Shown one piece after another: positions 51,276 to 61,769 of a stretch of 64,000 nt of DNA (the first letter of the stretch is position 1; each line of letters opens with the position of its first letter). The notes under the pieces were generated by a model. That model saw only the letters and a list, made by a program, of their open reading frames with translations, did not search any database and had not been told where the DNA came from. The position numbers were made by a program, and so were the translations under genes. Source of the stretch: Microcoleus sp. (GTDB taxonomy: Bacteria > Cyanobacteriota > Cyanobacteriia > Cyanobacteriales > Microcoleaceae); the NCBI GenBank assembly GCA_042408215.1, contig JAYFMW010000021.1, forward strand, positions 8,683 to 72,682. Direction: 5' to 3'.

Positions 51276-51691
51276 ATGTAGCTTTGTCTGTCGGTATGGA
51301 GGACGACGAATATTTACAAACCTTGGCTAAATACCTAGCAGATTTGCTCTCGGATGTCAAGCCAGATTTGGTTTTATACGATGCCGGAGTAGACCCTCAT
51401 CAGGGCGACAAACTGGGAAAATTAGCTTTAAGTGATACGGGGTTATTTCGCAGGGAAATGCAAGTTTTATCTACTTGTTTGGCGGGGGGTGATCCCGTCG
51501 CCTGTGTGATTGGCGGTGGCTATTGCGATGACATGAATGGGTTAGTTTATCGGCATTCGCTCCTGCACCGAGCGGCGAGTCAAACCTACAGGCAGTATCG
51601 ACTTTAAGATTTGTCAAGCCTACTACAAAAATCTAGATTAATTGCAGAAATTGTCGCCCAAATCCTTCACCCCTACATCTGAATCAAAAGC

Positions 51692-51719
51692 TTGAGATTA
51701 TTGGTTGGATATGTATAAT
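51692..51719 (+). promoter_or_regulatory. Putative promoter of the glycosyltransferase cluster
   Basis: TTGAGA-16 nt-TATAAT. Confidence 0.45.
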
Positions 51720-52033
51720 GGATCAGACGAACGCGATCGGGAGCAGGGCGGGTGCGATCGCCCACAAGATGAAGTTAAAGGCAAGTGAGACAACGACTTC
51801 CCGGTTGGCGAACGCTCACGGGAACCTTGTCACCTGGTTAGTAGTCCAAAACAAATAGTAAAATCAGCAACGACAAATAAGTAGATCCCTTCAGGAGTAC
51901 AAGTTAGCGTGGTTGTTAGGTAAGAGCAAACAAATCAACGGCCGGATAGCGATCGCGATCGCCAAAATATAGGGTGCCGAGAATGTAGAGATCATTCTCG
52001 ACTAGCGTTTAATCAATAAATAGGAGGTCACTT

Positions 52034-53320
52034 ATGCAAGTCAATTCAAAAAAATCAGAACAACTAGGAAAAACACAGGATTTAGAGTTTCTAGAACCTA
52101 TTACCAAGCGTTATCTGATGGTGATTAACGTCAGATCCACCAGGGATGAAAAAGGTGACAGGTATCTCGATCCGATGTGGGCAAAAGACCTAACCGAACA
52201 TTTCAAGTATCTGAAAAACTTCACGTTAGCATCTCCATGCCAACAAGAAACATCCCCAGAAAACACAATCGATGTGGAGAAGGAACCATCATTTGCTGAC
52301 GTTGAATTTATCGACCTGCCCTCCCCAAACAGCTATAAAGAAGCAATATTGACGCTGCCTGCTACAGTTGCCAAACTTTGGGGTGCGATCGGCAAAGCAG
52401 ATATCGTACACAGTTGCGTAGCAGGCTGGCCCATTCCTATGGGGTGGTTAGTGACACCAATAGCCCTGATTCAGGGAAAATTCTACGTACTCATAGTCGA
52501 GTCCGCACCGTGGCGTCTGGAACCAGGCAAAACCATAAAAATCCAACACAGAATCATCGCTTACGTGTCGGAAATAGTGAACCGCTGGTGCGTAAATAAT
52601 GCGAACCTGACAATCTTCACACAATCGGAATACCAGCAGAGTTTACTGACAAAGCGAAAAGAACGGGGTCACGTCATCCACGCTTCCTGGATAGATGAAG
52701 AAAATATCATTTCTGAAGCCGATGCAGCGGAAATATGGCAAAAAAAGTTATCCCCATCAAGCCAAAAACTCAAACTTCTATTTGCTGGCAGAGTGGAGTC
52801 CAGTAAAGGCGTGTTAGTTCTCCTAGAAGCCCTGAAAATTTTGGACAACAAAAACATTGCTGTCAATCTCGATATACTCGGCGATGGCACACTGTTAAGC
52901 GAATGCAAAACACTTAGCAATCAACTACAAAAATCGGTTAACATCCGATTTTTGGGAACGGTTGCTTACGGCAAAGAATTATTTCGGTGGCTGCAAAAAT
53001 ATCACGCTATTGTGGTTCCCAGCATCTCAGACGAGCAGCCCAGAATCGTCTACGATGCTTATTCCCAAGCAGTACCTGTACTCGCAAGCAACACAGACGG
53101 ACTGCGCGACTGCATCCAAAACCACAAAACTGGTGTAATTGTTAATTCTAACGACCCTGTGGCCTTAGCAGATTTGATCGAATGGTCGGGGCAAAACTTG
53201 CCTCAGCTTCAAAGTATGGGCAAGGCATCTCTCCAGCAGGCTCACAGCCTGACGCACCAAGAAATGCACCGCAAACGGTGGCAGCTTTTATTGAAGATGT
53301 TGGAGCAATCAAACAAGTAG
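52034..53320 (+). CDS. Glycosyltransferase family 4
   Basis: FAGR...KG motif and PSISDEQPRIVYDA; strong AGGAGG RBS. Confidence 0.85.
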   Translation: MQVNSKKSEQLGKTQDLEFLEPITKRYLMVINVRSTRDEKGDRYLDPMWAKDLTEHFKYLKNFTLASPCQQETSPENTIDVEKEPSFADVEFIDLPSPNSYKEAILTLPATVAKLWGAIGKADIVHSCVAGWPIPMGWLVTPIALIQGKFYVLIVESAPWRLEPGKTIKIQHRIIAYVSEIVNRWCVNNANLTIFTQSEYQQSLLTKRKERGHVIHASWIDEENIISEADAAEIWQKKLSPSSQKLKLLFAGRVESSKGVLVLLEALKILDNKNIAVNLDILGDGTLLSECKTLSNQLQKSVNIRFLGTVAYGKELFRWLQKYHAIVVPSISDEQPRIVYDAYSQAVPVLASNTDGLRDCIQNHKTGVIVNSNDPVALADLIEWSGQNLPQLQSMGKASLQQAHSLTHQEMHRKRWQLLLKMLEQSNK

Positions 53321-53401
53321 GATAGTTGCAATGCTCGATCGCCTGATCTTGCCAAACAGATACAAGCTGAGCTAGAAATTGTTAAACAGACGATCGCCCT
53401 T

Positions 53402-54412
53402 ATGTCCAATGCCATTGCGCGCAATCATCCGTATCCGCTACTGGTAGTCATTGTTAACTACCGAACCCCTGGTTTGACCATTGACTGCTTGCGTTCTCTA
53501 GTTAGCGAAATTGAATCCCTTCCCGGTATGCAGGTTGCAGTTGCCGACAACGCTTCGGGCGATCGCTCAGTCGCAGAAATTAGCAGCGCGATCGCAGCAG
53601 AAGGCTGGAGCGATTGGGCATCCTTCGTGCCCCTAGACTGCAACGGCGGATTCGCCTTCGGCAACAACGCCCTCATCCGTCCCGTCCTCCAATCCCCCAA
53701 TCCCCCGCCTTACATCCTGCTGCTCAACCCAGACACCGTAGTTCGCCCCGGTGCCCTAAAAGCCCTCGTCGATTTCATGGACACCCATCCCGAAGCAGGA
53801 ATCGCCGGCAGCCGTTTAGAAGACCCCGACGGCACGCCCCAGGAGTCAGCTTTTCGGTTTCACAACATCTTCACCGAACTCGATTTTGGTTGGCGGACAG
53901 GCTTTATATCCAAGTTATTGGCAAACTGGGCCGCAGCGCCCCCTATTGCCCAAGAAATCTGCCAAACTGATTGGGTAGCTGGAGCCAGCATGATCGTCCG
54001 TCGCGAAGTATTTGAAAAGATTGGCTTGATGGATGAAGCTTATTTCATGTACTGCGAAGAAATGGACTTTTGCCTGCAAGCTCAGAAAGCTGGCTGGAGT
54101 TGCTGGTATGTACCTGAAAGTCGCGTTGTCCACCTAGTCGGTCAAAGCTCAGGCGTCACCGACACCAAAGCAGCCCCCAAGCGGCTGCCCCTGTATTGGT
54201 TTGATTCCCGGCGACGCTACTTTATCAAAAACTACGGCTTGGTTTACACAGCGTTAACTGATGTATCCTGGGCTTCGGGCTTTGCAGCCTGGAGGGTGCG
54301 CCGCGTACTTCAAGGCAAGCCCGACGGCGATCCACCAAATTTTCTCAGGGATTTTGTATTGAATAGTGTATTTTTAAAGGGAGGTAAGATTGAAAAATCC
54401 AAAAACTTTTAA
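53402..54412 (+). CDS. Glycosyltransferase family 2
   Basis: VIVNY, DNAS, NGGFAFGNN, LLNPD, GASM and YFMYCEE motifs. Confidence 0.92.
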   Translation: MSNAIARNHPYPLLVVIVNYRTPGLTIDCLRSLVSEIESLPGMQVAVADNASGDRSVAEISSAIAAEGWSDWASFVPLDCNGGFAFGNNALIRPVLQSPNPPPYILLLNPDTVVRPGALKALVDFMDTHPEAGIAGSRLEDPDGTPQESAFRFHNIFTELDFGWRTGFISKLLANWAAAPPIAQEICQTDWVAGASMIVRREVFEKIGLMDEAYFMYCEEMDFCLQAQKAGWSCWYVPESRVVHLVGQSSGVTDTKAAPKRLPLYWFDSRRRYFIKNYGLVYTALTDVSWASGFAAWRVRRVLQGKPDGDPPNFLRDFVLNSVFLKGGKIEKSKNF

Positions 54413-54608
54413 ATGAGTTTGTACATAAGTCAAAGCCAAATAAACCCGGTTAACGCTGGCAATAAAAATATTGTTTGATGTAGCCCAAAAATGGTATTCT
54501 ATATCTAAACAAACCGGGTTGAACCTCCCTCAAAAAACCAGATAAACAAATTATTATCACGGGCATCTAGCAACAGGGTAAACAAGCAATAAGTGTGAAT
54601 TAGAGCTT

Positions 54609-55190
54609 ATGGTAACTGAGCCAAACTTAATCACAAGTGAAAATCAAGTAGAAACCCCCGCACTGGGACTGTGGCAGCAGATTCAAGAAGATTGGATTGC
54701 TCACGGCCGCGACTGGACAAAACCGGGATTTCGCGCCGTAGCAGTGCAGCGTTTTGGCGTCTGGAGAATGCAGGTAGAACCGAAATTACTTCGAGCTCCT
54801 TTGAGCATTATTTATCGATCGCTCTACCGAAAAGTCCGCAATACCTACGGTATAGATTTGCCTTATACGGTAAAGCTCGGTCGTCGCGTGGTGATTGAAC
54901 ATCAAAGCGCTATTATTATTCACGGATATTGTACGATCGGCGACGACTGCATTATCCGCCAAGGTGTAACCCTGGGGAACCGCTATTTGGACAAACCGCT
55001 AGAATCGCCTCAATTGGGCGATCGGGTGAACGTCGGTGCCGGCGCGAAAATCCTCGGCAAGGTCAACCTAGGAGACGATGTAAATATCGGTGCCAATGCA
55101 GTCGTCTTGTCAGATGTTCAAGCCGGTCAAACTGCTGTTGGTATCCCAGCCAAAATTATCAAATCCCGGCCTGCTGAAAACAACGCTTAA
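54609..55190 (+). CDS. Serine acetyltransferase-like hexapeptide O-acetyltransferase
   Basis: Left-handed beta-helix repeats, GAGAKILG and AVGIPAK. Confidence 0.88.
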   Translation: MVTEPNLITSENQVETPALGLWQQIQEDWIAHGRDWTKPGFRAVAVQRFGVWRMQVEPKLLRAPLSIIYRSLYRKVRNTYGIDLPYTVKLGRRVVIEHQSAIIIHGYCTIGDDCIIRQGVTLGNRYLDKPLESPQLGDRVNVGAGAKILGKVNLGDDVNIGANAVVLSDVQAGQTAVGIPAKIIKSRPAENNA

Positions 55191-55327
55191 ATCATTTTCT
55201 TCCTTATGGCTTCTGCTATAACTCTGCGGAGATTCAATCAATCTCCCTAGTCAAGTTAGAGATTCTTCTTAAGATAAACTGCACAAATAAGCACAATTGT
55301 CTACATCATCAAAACACTGCACAAACA

Positions 55328-55843
55328 ATGGTTGAGTCAATCACTAAGCCAATCATTTCTGCTACAGAACCAGACTGGAGCCGCGAAAAACTTAGCAAGT
55401 GGTGGGAACCCAGTCGCCAACTACTCAAATCTATCCGCAACTATCAAAAGTGGCAGCAGCAGGGTGGAATTGCAGGATATATTTTATGCCGTTGGAACGT
55501 TATCCAGCATCGATTTTGGAGCGTTGTAACTGCAACAGACATCCCTTTGAACTGCCAAATACAAGGAGGACTGCTGCTGACTCATCCTAATGGCGTTGTC
55601 ATTCATCCCAGTGCTTCCATTGGCCCTAACTGTCTGATTCTTCAACAAGTGACAATTGTTGGTGATGTCAAAATCGGCGGTCACGTCGATATCGGTGCAG
55701 GAGCGAAAATTATTCGCTCCGTAACGATCGGCGATCATGCTTTGATAGGTGCTAATGCTGTGGTAATTTGTGATGTGCCACCCGGTGCAACCGCAGTAGG
55801 AATACCGGCAAAAATCATCGAAAAAAAACACCAGGAAATGTGA
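55328..55843 (+). CDS. Second serine acetyltransferase-like hexapeptide acetyltransferase
   Basis: HPNGVVIH, IGAGAKI, GANAVV and AVGIPAK. Confidence 0.88.
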   Translation: MVESITKPIISATEPDWSREKLSKWWEPSRQLLKSIRNYQKWQQQGGIAGYILCRWNVIQHRFWSVVTATDIPLNCQIQGGLLLTHPNGVVIHPSASIGPNCLILQQVTIVGDVKIGGHVDIGAGAKIIRSVTIGDHALIGANAVVICDVPPGATAVGIPAKIIEKKHQEM

Positions 55844-55940
55844 AAAATAATTTCTAGAAGTCGCATAAAAATTAGGAAATTAGCTCGAATTTGATTAAAA
55901 TTAAAAGAACTGCTCAGTAGTCGAATTCAAGAGGTAAAAA

Positions 55941-56954
55941 TTGAAACAAATTGGATTAGTGGCGATCGGACGAAATGAAGGGCAGCGTCTTCGCCAATGC
56001 CTAGTCTTAGCCACAAACAAAGTTGCGCGCGTCGTCTACGTCGATTCTGGCTCAACAGACGGTAGCCTAGAGTTAGCCCGATCGCTCGGAGCCGATACAG
56101 TAGAACTCGACCTATCCACACCCTTTACCGCCGCCCGCGCCAGAAACGAAGGCTTTGCCCGCTTACTAGAACTATCACCAGACATCGAATTTGTCCAATT
56201 TGTAGACGGTGACTGCGAAGTCGTTGACGGATGGATCGATCGGGCCTACAGCGAACTCGCAGCCAAACCCGACGTAGCAGCAGTCTGCGGTCGCAGGCGC
56301 GAACGATACCCCAAAGCAAGCATCTACAACCAATTGTGCGACATCGAGTGGGATACCCCCATCGGCGAAACCAAAGCCTGCGGTGGCGACTCCATGATGC
56401 GCGCCACAGCATTTCAGCAAGTCGAAGGTTTCAATCCCGCACTAATCGCCGGCGAAGAACCAGATCTCTGCGTGCGTTTGCGCCAAAAAGGTTGGAAAAT
56501 CCTCCGCTTAGACGCAGAAATGACCCTGCACGACGCGCAAATGACCAGTTTCGCTCAGTGGTGGAAGCGCGCCCAAAGAGCGGGTCACGCCTACGCCGAG
56601 GGTTCCTGGATGCACGGAAACGAACCAGAGCGCCATTGGGTTAAAGAAACCCGAAGCACCTGGTTTTGGGGATTAATCTTGCCAGCCCTAGCCTTGGCAA
56701 TGGCATTACCGACAGCAGGCTGGAGCCTGTTACTATTGACTGGCTACCCCTTAGCAACCTATCGCACATATAACTATTATGCAAAGCAGCGGGAACTCAC
56801 AACTAAAGACGCAGCCATCTACGCTTTGTCTTGCGTATTAGCCAAATTTCCCCAGCTACAAGGTCAAATCCAGTTTCACCAGCGCCGATTGCTGGGGCAG
56901 CAGAGCAAGCTAATCGAATACAAAACAACCAACTCTATTAATTCAGCAAGCTAG
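55941..56954 (+). CDS. Glycosyltransferase family 2
   Basis: RNE, VDSGSTDGS, ARNEG, FVDGD and GEEPD motifs; TTG start with GAGG RBS. Confidence 0.9.
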   Translation: MKQIGLVAIGRNEGQRLRQCLVLATNKVARVVYVDSGSTDGSLELARSLGADTVELDLSTPFTAARARNEGFARLLELSPDIEFVQFVDGDCEVVDGWIDRAYSELAAKPDVAAVCGRRRERYPKASIYNQLCDIEWDTPIGETKACGGDSMMRATAFQQVEGFNPALIAGEEPDLCVRLRQKGWKILRLDAEMTLHDAQMTSFAQWWKRAQRAGHAYAEGSWMHGNEPERHWVKETRSTWFWGLILPALALAMALPTAGWSLLLLTGYPLATYRTYNYYAKQRELTTKDAAIYALSCVLAKFPQLQGQIQFHQRRLLGQQSKLIEYKTTNSINSAS

Positions 56955-57000
56955 AATTACAGCTAACGTCCCAGAAAGTCCACCCCTGAGTAGCAAACAA

Positions 57001-58305
57001 ATGAGTAATAAAAAATTAAAAGTTTTACTAATTGTAGAGCAGTGCAATCCTGACTGGGCATCTGTACCTTTGGTTGGCTACAATTTTTTTCATAAAATCA
57101 ACAATTTAGTTGATGCCACCCTCGTTACCCATATTAGAAATCAACCAGCTCTGGAAAAACACCCCGAATATGAAAAAGTTTTCTACCTAGAAGAATCGAA
57201 TTTAAACAAGCAATATTATAAGATAGTAGCCAAAATTACCGCCAACGGACGAGTAAATTGGCCTCTTTATAATGCCTTGAGCTACCCAATTTATGAAGAA
57301 TTTAATCAACAAGTATATCAAAAATTCAAAGGAAAAATCCTCAACGGAGATTATGACATAGTTCATGCAATTACCCCGATGATGCCGCGGTATCCGTTTA
57401 AGGTAGTCAGTGTGTGTCAGCAGACTCCTTTTATTCTAGGGCCTGTGAATGGAGGCATTCCCTTTCCACCAGGCTTTCAAGAAACGGCCAGACAAGAATT
57501 TGCTCAATTCAACTTTTTGAGAGCAGTTGGTCGAGCATTAATTCCAGGCTATGTAGAAACTTACAAAAAAGCCGACAAAATCTTAGCAGGTTCAACCTAT
57601 ACTCTAAACTATGCTAAAGGATTTGTTTGCAATCCCTGACCAAAGAATTGATTTGTTCTACGAAAATGGCATTTCCGAGGAATTTTTAAAGTCAGACAAA
57701 TATCCCCAAGAAAGATGTCGAGCCATATCAATCTGCTCTTTGTGGGTCGATTAGTGCCTTACAAATGCGCCGATATTGTCATAGAGTCGATTGGGAAATT
57801 AGACCCTGACATTCAGAGTAAAATCCGCTTAACAATAGTAGGAGACGGCTCAGAAAAAAACAACTTGGAAAACCGAGTCAAGGAACTTAATTTAGGCGAA
57901 ATAGTCAGCTTTGCCGGATGGGTAAATCAACAAGAAACTCTGGATTATTACAGGAAAGCAGATATTTTTTGTTTCCCTTCGATCAGAGAGTTTGGCGGCG
58001 CAGTGGTAATGGAAGCTATGGCTTGCGGACTGCCCTGTATTGTGGCAAACAACGGCGGTATTGGGGAATAGGTGAATGAAGAAACTGGTTTTAAGATCGA
58101 GCCGATTTCTAGAGAGTATCTCACCCAGGAGTTGACAAGTAAAATTGAGCTGTTGGTCGAAGATGATCGGCTGCGGGAAAGTATGTCAGCCTCTGCGATC
58201 GAAAAAGCCAGAGAATTTGCCTGGGATAAAAAGGCAGAAAAGATCGTTGAAATTTACGAACACATGGTTAGCGAAAAAACTGCTTCTAAATCTGAGATTA
58301 CATAA
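57001..58305 (+). pseudogene. Glycosyltransferase family 4, disrupted by frameshifts (~57610-57720) and an in-frame TAG (58069-58071)
   Basis: The fragments are colinear with paralog 58326-59603 (GPVN, FYENG in the +1 frame, FVGRLV, PSIREFGG, GGIGE*V). Confidence 0.82.
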
Positions 58306-58325
58306 ATCCTGTTGGAGTAAAAAAA

Positions 58326-59603
58326 GTGATGCGAATTGTAATTGTTGCTCAGAATGCCTCAACAAAATTCGGTGGCGAAGCCTTACTACCAGTGAATTAT
58401 TTCCGAATACTGCGATCGCGCCAAATAGAAACATGGTTAGTAGTTCACGCACGCACCCAGGCTGAACTAGAAGCTCTGTTTCCTGAAGATTGCGATCGAA
58501 TGCACTTCGTGGCCGACGATTGGGTACACCGGCTGCTTAACAATATCAGCAAACTTTTGCCTTCAAGAATAGGCGGACCTAGTGTAGGCTTGCTCAGCCA
58601 CCTCTATACCCAACGAATCCAGCGGCGTATTGTCCGGCGGCTGGTGAGCGAACACCAGATTGATATTGTACATGAGCCAACACCGGTCTCGCCAAAATTC
58701 CCTTCCTTGATGTTTGGATTGAGTGTGCCGGTAGTAATGGGACCGCTGAATGCGGGTGTGAAATTTCCTCCCACATTTCAACGATCGCGCAAAAGTCTTG
58801 CAGTAGATAGTTTAATAGCATTCGGTTACCAGTTTGTCGATGTCTTCAACCGCCAGTTGCCCGGCAAAATTCAAGCTGAGACACTTTTGGTAGCAAATGA
58901 GCGGACAAAGCAGGCACTTCCATCGGGAGTACGCGGTAAAATTATTGAGCTTGTGGAAAACGGCGTGGATTTCTCGGTGTGGCGATCGGACTCTACCGCA
59001 TCAAAGCAAACCAATCAACAGGTTAATTTTGTATTCTTGGGAAGGCTGGTGGACTGGAAAGCTGTAGACTTGCTGCTAAAAGCCTTCGTCCCCGTCGCAT
59101 CTCAAATCGATACAGTCTTGGAAATCATCGGTGAGGGGAAGATGCGGGGTGAACTAGAAGCTCAAACAGCACATTTGGGGCTAAGTGACAAAGTTGTATT
59201 CAGTGGCTGGCAGTCTCAGGAGCAGTGCGCGATCAAACTGCAACAAGCTGATGTACTGGTGTTGCCGAGTTTGCGAGAGCCTGGGGGAGCCGTGGTTTTG
59301 GAAGCAATGGCAGTGGGACTACCCGTCATCGCCATGAACTGGGGCGGGCCAAAGGATTATCTCGATGCCACTTGCGGTATTTTAGTAGAACCAGATTCCA
59401 GAGAAGGCTTTGTTCAGGGGCTAACTGAAGCTATGCTGAAGCTCGCCCATTCGCCGGAACTCCGTCAGAGTATGGGTAGCGCTGGATACTCGCGCGTTCG
59501 GGAGCATTTCGACTGGGAACGCAAAGTCGATCGCATGATTGAAATTTATCAACAAACCATCGACAATTCCAGCTCAACGCCCGAAGCAAAAAAATCCCAG
59601 TAA
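58326..59603 (+). CDS. Glycosyltransferase family 4
   Basis: FLGRLVDWK and PSLREPGGAVVLEAMA motifs. Confidence 0.92.
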   Translation: MMRIVIVAQNASTKFGGEALLPVNYFRILRSRQIETWLVVHARTQAELEALFPEDCDRMHFVADDWVHRLLNNISKLLPSRIGGPSVGLLSHLYTQRIQRRIVRRLVSEHQIDIVHEPTPVSPKFPSLMFGLSVPVVMGPLNAGVKFPPTFQRSRKSLAVDSLIAFGYQFVDVFNRQLPGKIQAETLLVANERTKQALPSGVRGKIIELVENGVDFSVWRSDSTASKQTNQQVNFVFLGRLVDWKAVDLLLKAFVPVASQIDTVLEIIGEGKMRGELEAQTAHLGLSDKVVFSGWQSQEQCAIKLQQADVLVLPSLREPGGAVVLEAMAVGLPVIAMNWGGPKDYLDATCGILVEPDSREGFVQGLTEAMLKLAHSPELRQSMGSAGYSRVREHFDWERKVDRMIEIYQQTIDNSSSTPEAKKSQ

Positions 59604-59636
59604 AAAACGGGTTAACCCGTATTTGGTTAACCCGCC
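59603..59636. terminator. Putative terminator between convergent genes
   Basis: A-run followed by a CGGGTTAAC...GTTAACCCG hairpin. Confidence 0.5.
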
Positions 59637-59658
59637 AGCTTAGAAACGCGCAGCTCAA

Positions 59659-60012
59659 TTAGTTTTGCACTACCAGCTTAACGTTGGCGTTTTGCAAACC
59701 ACGTTGCTTGACGGCTGCCAAGGTTTTGTTCACTGCGTACTTCTGGTTGATCGAGTTGATCAACTCGGTTTGATTGTGCTTTTTGGCAACGCCCCACAAG
59801 TCAGCAATCAGGTCGAAGGAACCGTCGCTATTGCGAGACCAACCCAAGTCGTATTCGCCTTCGAGAGTTGCTACGATGTCGGAGCGAACACGTTGGCCGT
59901 TGTAGCCGCGAACGTCAGCTTCTGACTTGACTGAAATGCCCAAGTCGCGTAGGGAAGCTTTCAGGATTTCGGCATCGGTGATTTTGGTACGCAGAGTGCT
60001 AAAGTGAGACAT
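59659..60012 (-). CDS. DUF1257 (Ycf35-like) protein
   Basis: MSHFS..KI, VRGY.GQ, YDLGW and ADLW motifs; GGAGG RBS; follows a ycf46-type gene. Confidence 0.88.
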   Translation of the reverse strand: MSHFSTLRTKITDAEILKASLRDLGISVKSEADVRGYNGQRVRSDIVATLEGEYDLGWSRNSDGSFDLIADLWGVAKKHNQTELINSINQKYAVNKTLAAVKQRGLQNANVKLVVQN

Positions 60013-60142
60013 TGGATTTCCTCCTAATAGAACTGAGAGAGAAACAACAACGGTCTGGACTTAACGGTGCCGCTGGGCGGCTCTTGAATCGAACTGCTAG
60101 CTGTGGCTAGCCTTTGCTCCTGTTTGGACCAGGAGAAAGCTT

Positions 60143-61663
60143 TTAGAATTCCATGCGCTGGTATTCAGCGACGGAAGACGCAGCGGGCCGTGCGCGCTGT
60201 CTCGCCCAATCTCGGAGGGCGCTGACCTGTTCGGTCATGGTTTTAGACAGTGGCAGTGTGGATTTAATGGCCGCGATAATGTCTAACTGCGTAAACTCTC
60301 TATCTTGAGCGAAGGCTTCATACATGGCTGCTACTAGCCCTTGCTCAATCTCTGCACCTGAAAAGCCCTCGGAAACGTTGGACAGTTGCTCTAAATCGAA
60401 GCGAGAGATGTCCAGACGGCGCTTTGACAGGTGAATTTTGAATATATCTTGGCGTTCTTCTTTGGTCGGCAGGTCAACAAAGAAGAGTTCGTCGAATCGA
60501 CCTTTCCTTAAAAATTCCCCCGGCAACCGCTCGATGCGGTTGGCTGTTGCCATTACAAAGACTGGGGAAGTTTTTTCTTGCATCCAAGTGAGGAAGGAAC
60601 CGAAAATTCTGCTGGATGTGCCTCCGTCTGAGTCTGCTGAACCAGTGCCTCCTGCAAAGGCTTTATCTAGTTCGTCGATGAAGAGGATGGCTGGAGAGAT
60701 GGATTCTGCGGTTTTTAGGGCGTTACGGAGGTTAGCTTCGCTGCGACCTACCATCGATCCGTCGTAGACTCTACCCATATCTAGCCGCAGCAGGGGTAGT
60801 CCCCAGAGGCGGGATGTAGTCTTGGCAATCAGCGATTTTCCGCATCCGGGTACGCCAAGAATCAGCATTCCTTTGGGTTGGGGCAGACCGTATTCTCTCG
60901 CTCTCTCTGTGAAAGCGTTGGAACGCTGTCTGAGCCACCGTTTGAGTTCTTCTAAACCGCCGACTGCATCCAGGGTTTCGTCTTCTTCGATGAACTCTAG
61001 AATGCCGTTGCGCCGAATTAGCTGCTTTTTCTCCGAAAGAACTATGTCTACTTCCTCTTCCGTCAAGCACCCCTTGCAAACTTGGGCTTTGCGATAAACT
61101 TTTTCAGCTTCGTCCTTGGTTAATCCCAAGGCTGCTTTCAATAGTTTTTCGCGCCCTTCTGTGGTAATGCGCCGCGATTTGGTTCGCTCCAACTGGCTAG
61201 ACAATACTTGGTTTAGTTCCTTCATGTCTGGCAGGGCGAAGTCTAACACTACCACTTCCTTTTCTAGCTCGATCGGAATTTGCTGCAAAGGAGACATTAG
61301 TATAATTGTCTTTTCTGTTCCTTTGAAGTTGGCGATCGCATCACGCAACCACCTCGTTACCGGAGGAGAATCGATAAAAGGATGCAGGTCTTTGAATATG
61401 TAGATGCTGGCGTTGCTGTTGGGTTCTCGCTGCCTGATCACCCATTCAATGGCTGCCTCTGGCGAGACAGTGTTGTGCTGGGTTGTGGTGCGAGGTTGAC
61501 CGTACTCCACAATGCCGTGAGTTACAGTCCAGATAAATACTCGTCGCTGTGGTTTGGCTTGAGCTATTGTCGAAATTGCTTGCTCACACCGCTCTTCCTC
61601 GGATGTCACGAGGTAGATCAGAGGATATTGAGCTTGGATTAGGATACTGATCTCTTCTTGCAT
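60143..61663 (-). CDS. ycf46: AAA family ATPase, Ycf46
   Basis: GVPGCGKS, LFIDELDK, ATANR and RKGRFDE motifs. Start is ATG 61663 with a GAGG RBS. Confidence 0.88.
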   Translation of the reverse strand: MQEEISILIQAQYPLIYLVTSEEERCEQAISTIAQAKPQRRVFIWTVTHGIVEYGQPRTTTQHNTVSPEAAIEWVIRQREPNSNASIYIFKDLHPFIDSPPVTRWLRDAIANFKGTEKTIILMSPLQQIPIELEKEVVVLDFALPDMKELNQVLSSQLERTKSRRITTEGREKLLKAALGLTKDEAEKVYRKAQVCKGCLTEEEVDIVLSEKKQLIRRNGILEFIEEDETLDAVGGLEELKRWLRQRSNAFTERAREYGLPQPKGMLILGVPGCGKSLIAKTTSRLWGLPLLRLDMGRVYDGSMVGRSEANLRNALKTAESISPAILFIDELDKAFAGGTGSADSDGGTSSRIFGSFLTWMQEKTSPVFVMATANRIERLPGEFLRKGRFDELFFVDLPTKEERQDIFKIHLSKRRLDISRFDLEQLSNVSEGFSGAEIEQGLVAAMYEAFAQDREFTQLDIIAAIKSTLPLSKTMTEQVSALRDWARQRARPAASSVAEYQRMEF

Positions 61664-61769
61664 ATTCCTCGACCCACTAGAGACGGTGCTATCTTTGCTG
61701 AATCTCAATGCTGCCATTAGCTGAAAACTGAAAATTTCAGTTCTAGCCGCGCCTGGAAGCAAGGCATTC

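Larger units (their letters stand above)
47558..51607 (+). pseudogene. Histone deacetylase family protein split into three pieces (47558-47683, 49269-49614, 51276-51607) by two insertions
   Basis: The pieces join in frame: MDLPIVYH..GHRFPM..ADRS|QFHTP..AGGTHHA..GFCIFND..IVDL(D)|VALSVGMED..YDAGVD..GGGY. Confidence 0.92.

Noticed and set aside
52034..59603. Assignment as the hormogonium polysaccharide (hps) locus
   Set aside because: Only generic GT2, GT4 and acetyltransferase motifs are seen; no hps-specific genes are recognisable.
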